Positions 1 through 11,200 of a DNA stretch of 64,000 nt are shown in pieces. Position 1 is the stretch's first letter; the number at the start of each line of letters is the position of its first letter. Both the position numbers and the translations under genes were made by a program. Origin of the DNA: Setoptus koraiensis (lineage: Eukaryota; Animalia; Arthropoda); the NCBI GenBank assembly GCA_048013815.1, contig CM106585.1:13392001-13456000 (forward strand), in the 5' to 3' direction. The notes under the pieces are model-generated. The model was not told the DNA's origin. It worked only from the letters and a program-made list of their open reading frames with translations, and ran no database searches.

Positions 1-879
1 GGTGGCCAGATAACGTAGTGTGATAAGTGGCCGGCAGGCAACCAGTGCAACAACAACAGCAAACAATAATAACAACAACAATGGCGATATCAAGCGGCGA
101 CAAATGAGCAAAAATGAAGAACAGACTCACTCAAAATGATAATTGGCGCGACAAATTACAACCTGGGCGCTATTATAAAATGTGTTCTAACTGGAGCTAC
201 TGCAACCGCTCACACTGCAACAAGAGTGGCAATAGATTAACAAGCGGCAACAAGTTTGCAAACAACACAAACATACGGTGTGTGTGTGTGTGTGTCAGTT
301 GACCGAAAGTGGCGAAAGTGGACCAATAAGGGATACAAAGTTGTTATTGGGCGCACTTGTAGCAGCAGTCAGCGACAAATTGATAGGCCAATGGACAAAG
401 TAACACACAACAGCGACAGAAACAACGTCCGAGCCACTTTGGCCGCCATTGGCCACTCACAACTGGACTGTAAAGTGGCAGCAACAGGTTGTTGCCAGCG
501 CAACAAAATGCTAATCAGTGTGTGTGTTTCGTCGGATCGGGATTGGTCACACCGCAGACTCGGTGTGTTTCTGCATCTGTTTGTGACTGGTCGACTATTA
601 TTGTTTACCGTTTGTGGCCTACAAATGGCCGAACAAATGTTAAATAATGCCAACAAACGGCCTAGTCAGCGCACACCGACCGGCAGCATGCATGACACAT
701 TGACGAGCATTGCCGAGCTTTTGTTACATAATAATGGCGCCGCCGAGGCACCATAATGCACCGCATCATTTGCACAACCGCCAGCGTAATGGCAAATGTG
801 ATAAAATATGCAATGTAACGCTGCAACGACGGCGCACATTAACATGGCAGTGGGATGGGGCGAGAAGATTATCAGCGAT

Positions 880-1020
880 TCGCTGTTGTTGTTGTTGTTT
901 CTGCTGTTGTCGTTGTTGCTGTTGCTGCTGCTGTTGTTGCTGTTGCTGCTGCTGTTGTTGCCGTTGTTGTTGTTGTTGCTGCTGCTGTTGTTGCCGTTGT
1001 TGTTGTTGTTGCAACTTGTT
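880..1020. repeat. Imperfect (TTG/CTG)n trinucleotide tract
   Basis: About 45 triplets, read directly. Confidence 0.9.
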
Positions 1021-2260
1021 GTGAGTATCGAGTTGACTCTGTAACTGCCCATGTTACGTATGCACTTTGGCTGCTCGCAACTTGAGAGTCACCGCTCACC
1101 GTACAGCATGGCCCACAATGAGCATGGCCAATTGAGCGCGGCGCACACGATAATTGATTGGCTGACAAACGTTTTTAGCAGGCCATAAAGGATAAAAACA
1201 AGCCATTTTGGCCAGCTCATACACAAATGTGAGCGCGCAACTTTTCGCTGGATCGCATCGATGGGCCTCGCCACTCGCAACTCGCCACTCGTAACTCGCA
1301 ACAGTCGGTTGTCAGTTGCGCCAACTGTGTGCTTTTACACAGCTTGTGTGTGTGTGTGCGCAATTGTGCCCCATTGATGCCAAAATGTAATGTAAAATGT
1401 AGATGAGCGCTCACTGCCACCGCAACTGCGATCTCGTACAGGCGATAATGGGAAATTTCCATGACCGCATGACCATGCACACACCGCCTGTGCGCGCCTT
1501 ATTGTGTCCGGTGTTAACCCATTAATGCGTGGCGCCTTGAACATATTTTGCCCATTTGGCACCATTGTTGTGGGCAATGCTGGCCAGTTGGCCAAGTTGG
1601 CCATGTCGCTGCTGTTTTGCTGTTGCAGTGGGCCGCTTGCACAGCGTCGACGCATCACAGCGCCGGCCTGCGCCTTACTTTCAATGTTAGCCGAATGTGC
1701 TTGTATGTGAGTTATACACAAGTGTGTGTGATCGATCATTCCCATCGATTGAATCATCGCTGCGCCTAACTAGCCATGATGCCATAATACTAGCCATAAT
1801 GCCATAATGCTGCCGCTGCCGCCGCCGCCGCAAATAATGAGAACGCATGAGTGTGGCAAGTGGCGACCAGGCGTCTCATGCTACGCGACTCATAGCGGCC
1901 AAGCGGCCCGCACTTTGCGACCACTCGGCTCGCCATGATCTAATCGGTCAGTTCCTGCGATCGGCTGCCGATCCCAATGATCAATTCGGCGGCCGTCGAG
2001 CGCAGCCATCAATTATGATCGCACTGGCACCGTTTTCCCGTATCGCCGCTTGTCCGCTCGTCTGCTCGTCCGTTGTCCGTTGTGCGCTTTTGCGCTCGTC
2101 CGCTTGTCCATTTGGCACGGCTCCAGCCATCATGCCGCGCTCGCATTTGCGACGATGCGGGACGCGGCCACTGTCATTGTTGCCCGATGCGCATGATAAT
2201 GGCGGTGCCAATGTGCGCATCATGTCCACTCATAAACGCTCGATAATGCATCGCATAACA

Positions 2261-2385
2261 TCATGCAATATCATGCAATATCATGCGGTATCATGCGGTA
2301 TCATGCGGTATCATGCGGTATCATGCGGTATCATGCGGTATCATGCGGTATCATGCGGTATCATGCGGTATCATGCGGTATCATA
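2261..2385. repeat. Decamer minisatellite (TCATGCGGTA)x10 plus 2 variant units
   Basis: Perfect copies at 2281-2380; TCATGCAATA x2 at 2261-2280. Confidence 0.97.
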
Positions 2386-4120
2386 CTCGTCATATGACAA
2401 GTACAGCATCGAACGGTATCATCCGACATCGCATGACATCATATGCGAGCGGCCGGCGGAGCCGGCAGCATGATCCGGCCGGCCGCTGTTGGCGCGCCGG
2501 CAAGACGGCGACAGCCAGGCGAAAATTTGGCGCCGAGTCGTGGTCGTGACCAACAATGAAGCGGGCCCTCATTGCAACGACATGTCGCGCATGACCCCTC
2601 GCCATGTTATCTGTCTATTTTCAGCGCTTTTCCATGTCCAGCGGGCAGCCGGTTGGCAGGCTGCCCGCGACAAAAGACGCTGCGCCAAACAATGGCTGCA
2701 GCGGGCTTGACCGCACCGGATCAGATCGGCCCGCAACTCCGCTGGCCGCTGCGAGCTTGATTCTGTTGGCTTGTTAGCGCTTGCGGCCAGGAGAGCGCCA
2801 CTGAGAGAGACTCCATGATGAGGATTGAGAGAGAAGGATTCGCTCTTCGCCTGGCCAGATGTGGCGTGAGGAGGCTTGATTTGCATTTGCGAGATGCAAA
2901 TTTGCATTTATGCGTTTGCTGGCCGCATGTTGCTGCGTTGCAGCGTCCATTCGCATGTTCGCAATGTAGTCGCATACATACATTATGTGATGAATAGGCA
3001 TGATGGGCTTTTTTCTTTATTTTCTCCGTTGCATTGCACTGCAACGGCGGCCGTATTATTATATCCAATGTATACACCATACACCGTGGATTTAGTCAGC
3101 CGACAGAGATTCATCACATTTCATGTTTGAGGCGTGTCGTACTGCCGACGGGGCCGGGCACACAACGGCGCTGGCTGTTGCGGCCGCAACGCATTTATGG
3201 CTGTTATTTAACTTTTGTTTGCGGAACATTTCATTTAGAAATAGCCAAAAATATTGCCGCCTCAGCCACTTGTTGCAGTTTCAGTTAATACGGTTGCAGT
3301 TGTTGCCGTTGCCGCAGTTGGCTAACTGGGCAACTGGGCAACAATGGCCGGCAACACGATGAATAGAGGAGGCTGCAACAGGTTGCCACAGGTTAGCCCT
3401 TTGTTGACGTTTAGCGGTCAGATGCTGGCTGGACAGACGACGATTGTTCATCAGCGAGCTCGCCGGCGAGTCATTAAAAATAGTTTTCATACAACTGGCC
3501 ACTTGGCTGGCCCGTCGCTGCCATTGTAGCCGGCTGACAAAAAATACCGTTAGCGTAAACTGGTTGTTATTGGCGTTGTTGCTGCCGCCGCTGCTGTTGC
3601 CGCTGTTGCTGTTGTTGTTGCTGGTGTTGTCGTCATTGCAGCGCGAATGCACAAATAGAGAATAGATTGGTCTAAAATTGGCAACAGTCTCGCTCAATGA
3701 GTGTCGCGCTCTCTCTGGGTCAAATTGGGCTCGGCCGACAACAATTTTACTCAGCGAGAGAGACGCAAGCGATGTCGTTGACGCCATGAGCAACTTTCAA
3801 TGCAACTCTGATAATGGCAACGCTTAAATACTTCATATTCATTTGGCTGGCTCACTTCGGTTGGCCGTCATTTGGCCCACTGACTGATTCACTTGGCTCG
3901 CTGAGTCCAGCCAAACGAATCAGTTGGCCAGTTCTCCAGCTAACAGGCACCTGTTGAGCCTGGCAGCGCAACAATATCTCGACCGATGCCAGCAGTATCA
4001 GCTGTCGTCTTGTTGTGCAGCAATATATCTGCTGAGATAAGTTGTGTGTATCTCGCTAATCTGCATCATTGTTGCGCAGCCCCGATCAAACGGTTATATC
4101 TGCGCTGATACGAACTGACA

Positions 4121-4180
4121 AACTGATATAAACTGATATAAACCGATATAAACCGATATAAACCGATATGAACTGATACA
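4121..4180. repeat. Decamer minisatellite AAC(C/T)GATATA, about 6 copies
   Basis: Read directly. Confidence 0.9.
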
Positions 4181-6963
4181 ACGGCAACAGACAGGTGATT
4201 ATCAGCGTCGACCGGCGGCTAATTAGCACTCTTGCCATGCCGGCAGCAGCGCCACTAAATGGCTGCCATGTTAAATGCGACCAACGAAAAGATAAAGCCG
4301 AGATAAGGCGCCCACACAAGCTCGCTGTACGGACACTTTGGCCGCTATACTGCAGAGATGCCGTGGCGGCAACCATTTTTTTTTCTTCACCACCTGTCGA
4401 GCGATGGCGGCCGACAACAATTGCGGCACACTAGTCATTAGACGCTAGTTACCGTATCGTTGATTGATCTTGATCGTCGTTGGCCGACAACGCGCGCTGT
4501 CGGGCCAAAAAATAGATGCCACTTGCCGGCAGTTTGCAGCGGCATTGTCTTGGCAGCGCCGTGTCGATGCAATCAGCAGGTACAAGCCATGATCTGTGGC
4601 CATGTACGGACGATCGGCTCAAATCAGCGCTACTCAGAGTGTTTTTTGTTGCGCGCCAACCATCATTGGGCACGGAAATAGACGGCGGACAATCAGCATT
4701 GACCTCTGCTAATGGCAGCCCCGCTATTGGCTCCACTATTGGCTAAATTGCCAATTAAGCGAGCGGCGGCCAAGACAATGGATATTGTCTCTGCCGGCGC
4801 GCCGTCTGCCTCGACAACCGGCGCGTCTACTCCGATAACCAGTGACCGTGATGACGATGATGATGACCAATCTCGCTGATCGATCGAGCGAGCCACTTGC
4901 ATCGCTGCTGCTGCTCATTGAACACAATTCATCCGCAATAATAATGATTTTTCATGGCTTTGTTCCATCATCAGCATCCAAAACATAATTTGCTGCGTTG
5001 AGCCAATCGATCCGAGTCGAATAAAATAATAATTGTGTGCAGCAGCCACACTGGGCAAAAAAGAAAGACGATGGCAACATCTTTTTTCGCATTACACTCA
5101 CTCGGCCATCTCGGCTCATCATTTCGAGGCGAGCGTCTTCAAAATGATGAATTTTTTCTTTGTCAACAACCGCCAGTGGCAAGCTCGCCAAGCGCGACCC
5201 AAGTGCAAGTTGAGTGGACCAATCAAAGTCGGGAAGAAGGCCATAATCAAATGATCATTCACCCGAACGAATGGCAACTTCGCCACTGGCCAGATCCGAC
5301 TTGCGCCGGTCGCTTCCATTTAGCCGACCGGCCAGCTAAATCGTACGCTGGCCACACTGGTCTGCTGTTGTGGTACTTTTTTAGTGGTCAGCCGCAAACG
5401 AGGCTACGTTCCAAATGCACTCCACGCCAACCGCAGGCCAATCAACGGCCGGCCCGCAACTGACCACTCGAAACATAGAGGGCGGCCTGAGACTGTTTGG
5501 CCCTTTCTTGGCCGCCAGCTGATGGTAACGCATCAGCCAGCGGCCGGTAATCAGCCAACGGATAACAACAAGCTGGCATGAATGAATAATTGCTATCGAG
5601 CGGCAGCAGCTACATTATCCGACAAGGTCTAGACAATTGTCAAGAGGCTATTTCCATCATTGTTTGTGCCAACAACAAGCAGTCAGCCAGTTGTGTCAAT
5701 TTGCTTGCCGAGCCAGCTGCTGCTGCAAAAAAGACGCAACAATTGCGCCTTGGCTCGATGAAAAACAAGCGATGATAGGCAAGATTAAGTCTGTGCTCTC
5801 ATTGCTTTGATTATTCTTTCTCATCAACTCGAACGCTGCACAATGGGCCAGAAAATTGAATGGATTTCGGTGGCCCGCGAGAGGGCCGACATGAGAGGCC
5901 AGTCATAATTGCTGGCCCGATCCACCCGTAGGGCATGCTGATGCGATTCATCTCTGGCGGAGACAATTAGAAATGATCCAAAAAACGAGACGTCGCCACA
6001 ATTTTTTTGATGCCCACCGTCGGCCGAAGACCGTCGGGCATGCGAGCGACAAGTTTATTTATAATTTTTATTGTTATTTTCACTCGTTAGCGCCTGCATG
6101 TTTTTTTCGGGCAGCCACCGTGATGCTCACAATAAAGATCGGGCTGCCAGTGCAGAAAATCCGCTCGGAAAAATGCGTTCTCAGTCGCACACAAAATTAT
6201 GATGGCTCAAACAAACAACAAATTAATCGTAATGGTAACCGACCAAGGTCATCAGCGGCTCGCTTACACGCCGTCTTGCACCAGACACAATTGATGGTGC
6301 CGGCGAAACAGAATGGTCTCGGCACGACGATGACAAACAGCAACAAGTTGAACAAGTTGTTCTTGTTGTTTCCATCGACAACAATGCGACGACCATCTCG
6401 CCGGCGTGTGTGGCCGGCGCTGTCTCGATTGTGGCGGTCTCAATTGCGGCGCAGTCTCAATTGCGGCGCTATCTCAATTTGTCCAGAAAGTAATCTCTTC
6501 TGGCCGCGGCCTCATCGCGGCCACGACCAACTGAGATGAGAGGCACAATTGCGCCTTTGTTGTGGCGACCAGACTGGCCACACTGCTACTGTCTGGCAAG
6601 ATGCAAATGCATGACAACGATACTAATAATGCGAAGCTGCAACGAATGAAAACACATGCAATCAACGAAAATACATGTAATGAATGAAAAAGCTAAAAAA
6701 TAAACGCAACAATGCTGCGTCTGTCGGGCCACGAACGGCTCATCACGCCGACGGAGCGGGCCATCGGCGAGTCCGGGCGACGTAGCTCGAATTCGAAGCC
6801 CGTCGAGGAGTGCACTCAGAAAAAGCTCGGCGACTCTCTCATGGCCTTTTACTCTCTCACAAGTAGCGAGTCGCGAGTCATTTGCCAGTTATTTGTTGTT
6901 TGTTTGCCACAGTTAGCAGCGGCCGCCATTAGCCAGTACGGCACACTGAGCCTCGACGAGATC

Positions 6964-7032
6964 CGCGCCGCGCCGAACCGCGCCGAGCCGCGCCGCGCCG
7001 AACCGCGCCGAGCCGAACCGCGCCGAGCCGAA
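6964..7032. repeat. GC-rich pentamer array (GCCGA/GCCGC/ACCGC)
   Basis: Read directly. Confidence 0.85.
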
Positions 7033-8274
7033 TCCAAGGTGAATCGTCGGAGAGCTTGCTGGCGCCGAGTGTGCACTGGAGCGCTTAAATGGATCCTTTG
7101 AGCGGCAACCTTGGCTCTCTGGCGTCTGTCGCAAGTTGCAGTTTGGCGACTCTTCCGAGACTCTCGAGACGCTCGACATTGGACGGCGAAATTTTTTCTC
7201 GGCTCGGGCCGCTCTCTCATGATTTCTGAGCAAACACAACGAACCGGCGGCCACTTTTTAGGCGCTTTTCAGCCTGTTGCCAGATACGATAACGAGCGCA
7301 CTGCGCAGCGAATATTTCCGAGAGGTTGTTGTCATTGATTCTCTGGCATGCTCGACACGCCAGCGAATCAATGCCGGTGTCGTCGCGTCGCCGCGTCCAC
7401 CGACACGACAGGTGAGCAGCCAGCTCACCTGTCCGACCGACGACGACGACGACTGAGCAAGCTGTAAACAATCGGATACGAGAGGTGTTGAAACAGCAGC
7501 AATGCCACCTGTGCGACATTGCGTCACATTGTTGCGGCATCGCAGCAACAGTTGGTCGGGTCGGCGACGCAAACTGGAATGCTGGCCATGTGAACTGGAG
7601 CATTTTCGAGCTGCATTTTCGAGCAGAGTTCGGGCTGGAAAATGCCATAGAGAAGCGAGCGATCGGTTGGCAGCTCTTGTTGGTGGGAGGAAGTCAGTTG
7701 AAGCTGGAGTGAGTTGTTTCGGGCCGGCACCGGCGGCAATCGAGCGCAAGAGTGCACGGCGAAATCGGAGCCCAATTGCAGCGGCAATAGACTGAATCGA
7801 CGCGCCGATTTACACACACCGATCGAGGGGGCATCGACTTGTCGAGTCGCACACCGTCTAGCCGGCGAGCTTCTTCTCGGGTGTCGTGCAAATATTCAAA
7901 GCTACAGCAACGACGGCACGACTGCAAGTCTCAGTTGTGACAAAGGGCTGCCTTTGGAGCGGCGATTGGTCCAATGGTAGCCCTTTGTCGCGCTGATTGC
8001 GCGTTGCAGTCGCCAGCAGATACTGCAGAAGTACGATATTGGAAATGTTGTCAAGGAGCAGGACTTTTGGCACTTGGCATGCTGCAGAAGTGGCAATTGT
8101 CGGGCGGAAACGCGCGCCAACAGTCACGATTCGCGCCGCCATCCATCAGGCCGGATGGCGGGCATTGTGCTCGGGACTGCTGTTGGCCGGGGCGCGCAAC
8201 GGACAATCGAGCGGTAAGGTCAAGTGGAAGATGGATGGCAAATAGATGCGCGGTCGTGAAAAGATGAGGATCTG

Positions 8275-11200
8275 TCATTGTGGTCGACTCACCATTGTGG
8301 GCCCGTGATTGAGCAGGTAGCAGAAGAGCACCGTGCCCGACACTGTCCGCTGTCGCAGGCAAAACTCTTGCCAGGCTTCGTGTTTTCCGGCCATTTCCTC
8401 CAGGTACAACGAGTTGTCTTGATGAATGTTATGCAACGACGTTGTTGCGAACAAGCTTGACGCCGATCTGTTGTTGTTGTTGCTGTTGTTGTTGTTGTTG
8501 TTGTTGCCCGATATGTGAGCGATATCGCCCATCGTCGCAATGTGCCTAGGCTGGCCGTCGGCGGCCTTGCCGGTTGCGTCTTGACAGTGCTGCTGGCTGG
8601 CGGTGTCGGTGTGATGATACTGGTGCTCGTTTATGGGATTCACGAAGCCGATGTGATTGAGCGAGGCCACGGTGGCCGCGTTCGACAGCGGCAACCAGGT
8701 TAGCCGACCGCCCGTAGTGTTGCCGGTGGCGAACTTCAACAGGTGACCGTTTATGTGCTGGTCGGTCGCTTGTTTGGCGCAATTCTTTTCTTTGTTGGCG
8801 CCGGTGGCCGCTGCATTGTCGCTGAAGCCGCTGAGAATTTGCTGCGATTTCACACTTGAACTGGAGCAGCAATTTTTCAGCTTCTTTTTGTCCTTTTTCA
8901 GCTTCAGCACTTGTGACCTCTTTTTCTTCTTCTTGCTGCTATCGGCCGTCTTGCCGGCGATTATTGCTGGCGCCAGGCGGCCGCAATAATTGCAACAATT
9001 GCTCATTGTGGACGCGGGCGACCACGTGGCGCCGCACTGACAATCGCTGTCGTCGTCGAGCTTCTTGTCGGACGATGTCGGGCCCCGCTGTTTGGCTGCG
9101 GAGGACGCGCCGGTGCCGGCCCCGGCCAGCATGTCGAGCGACTCAATTGTCGACGAGCACAGAGTTGACGAAAGCAGCTGATCGTGGAGCTCGTCGGTGC
9201 CCTGCTTGTTGCTGGCCGCTGTCAGATGCTTTGACATTTGTTTGCTCACTTGCTCACCTGTCGAAGCGCCCTGCTGACTCTTTTGCTGCGACGACGATGC
9301 GCCCAACTGCTGCTGCGATGTCGCTAGGTGCCTGAACAAGGCGGGCGCTGGCCTCTTGCTGATCAGCAAAAAGTCGTGAATGTCGTCGTCGTCTTCGTCG
9401 CGATGATACGACTGCCTGTGCAACGACAGCTTCGTCTTTGTTGATTTCTTGTCGAAGCTCGCCGGACGCTCCGACGTGTGCTGCAACAGGTCCGTCTGGG
9501 AGCACGAAGTACAGTTTTGCAGCAACTGTTGCTTCGAATTGGCCCTCTCATGGCTGCCGGGCCGTATGAGATCGGCCGACAGGGCGCCAGAGCGGCGCAA
9601 ATTGCTCAAACATTTCTGGTTGTATTTGGATCGAGGCAGTTGCTGCGCCGATTGCTGGTGCCTCTGGCGCCTGAATTGCTCTTTGCTGGCCGCGCTAATT
9701 AGCTTGGCCGACGAGCCCGTTTCGTGGGGCCCACAATTGGCCTTTTTCTTGTTGTACTTGCCGGCCGGCACATCGGCCTCTATGGTGGTAGAACTGACCA
9801 GCGACGACGAAGATTTTGAGTTTGTTGAGGCTGATGGCGACGGCGCCATTGCGCCAGTGCACGATGTTCGCTTCGTTTTGTTGTTGTATCTTGAGGGATA
9901 GTTCGCGGCGGAAGTGGCGCCCGCCACCGGGTACTTGAGAAGGGGCCGGCCGAACGTGGGCAATCCGAGAATGTCGCTCAGCTGACGATGGCTCAGGCTG
10001 AGCTGGCCAACGTGATCGTGCAAGTAGCCGCTTGTTTTTCGTTTTATTATCACACTGTTGCACTCAATCATAATTAGACAAATTAGCGTTATGACGGCCA
10101 ACGAGCCATACAAAATAAGAGCAAACAATTTAAACTGATACAGCCACCAGGTGGTGTTGAGATTGCAATAGTATACGCTGGTGTGTGTCTTAAATGACAG
10201 TAGCGAGCTTAGGAACAATTGCGTATCACTCTGTTGTTGTTTTCTCTGTTGACCGTTGGTGGCGTTATTATTGGCAGCGCGAGAGGCATTCTGAGTGGTC
10301 AGCTTGTTTGTGTTGGCAGCTAGACCAATAAGTTGCTTGAATTCGATAAATATTTTGCCAAACAGAGACACTTGTTCGCCACTTCCGTTTCCGGTTGCTG
10401 CCGTAGTTTGCTGCTGCTGCTGTTGCTGTTCGTCTGCTGCTGCCGTTGTTGTTGTGGATGACGCAATTCTTGTGCTGCCTGTGGATTGACTAGTTGTGAC
10501 AAATTGGTCAATTGCATCAATGTTGTTGTTGTTGTTAGTAGTAGTAGAAGAGGGATTGGCCGGCAGGGGGCCAGCTGAACCGTCAGACGAAGCAGAGGGT
10601 GCGTTATTGTTGTTGTCAATCATTATTAGTGTGGGCAGTGTTGCTGACGTGCCGAACAGACCCATGCCAACCTGTTGTTGCTGCTGCTGCCGGTTGTTGT
10701 TGTTGTTTTTGTTGTTGCTGTTACTCATCAAATGTTGATTGGGTGCGATTGCGGCGTGCAACGGATTGAGTGTGGTCACCGTTATTACGGTATCGCTGTC
10801 ACCTGTCATGGTATCGTGCAAGGTGCGATTGTTGTTGTCGTGGTTGTTGTCCAATGTTGTTGTGCCCATCAGACTTGACCACAGCTGACGTGCGTTCTTT
10901 TGCTGTGTCCAATTGTGTCGACCGATGGTGGGCTTGTTGTTGTTGTTGTTGTTTGCAATCTGATCTGACGATTGCACAATCAGCGATTGGTTTATCAGTG
11001 GCTGTGCCTCAATGCGCGACAAGTGCTCGCTCGGGCCCGACACTCTCGTCGATCTTCGCCATCGGCCCATCTCGTGAGGACTGTCCAGCTCAAGCGCTGC
11101 GGCCGACAGGTCACCCGAGTTTCGATTGGCCAAAAATGGTTTTGAGGCACCCGACGACAGCTGACTGCTGGCGCTGGTCACCGTGGGCGGCTGCGAGGGG

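Noticed and set aside
710-1085. Poly-Cys, poly-Leu, poly-Val and poly-Gln ORFs
   Set aside because: All are readings of one (TTG/CTG)n tract; there is no domain or splice support.
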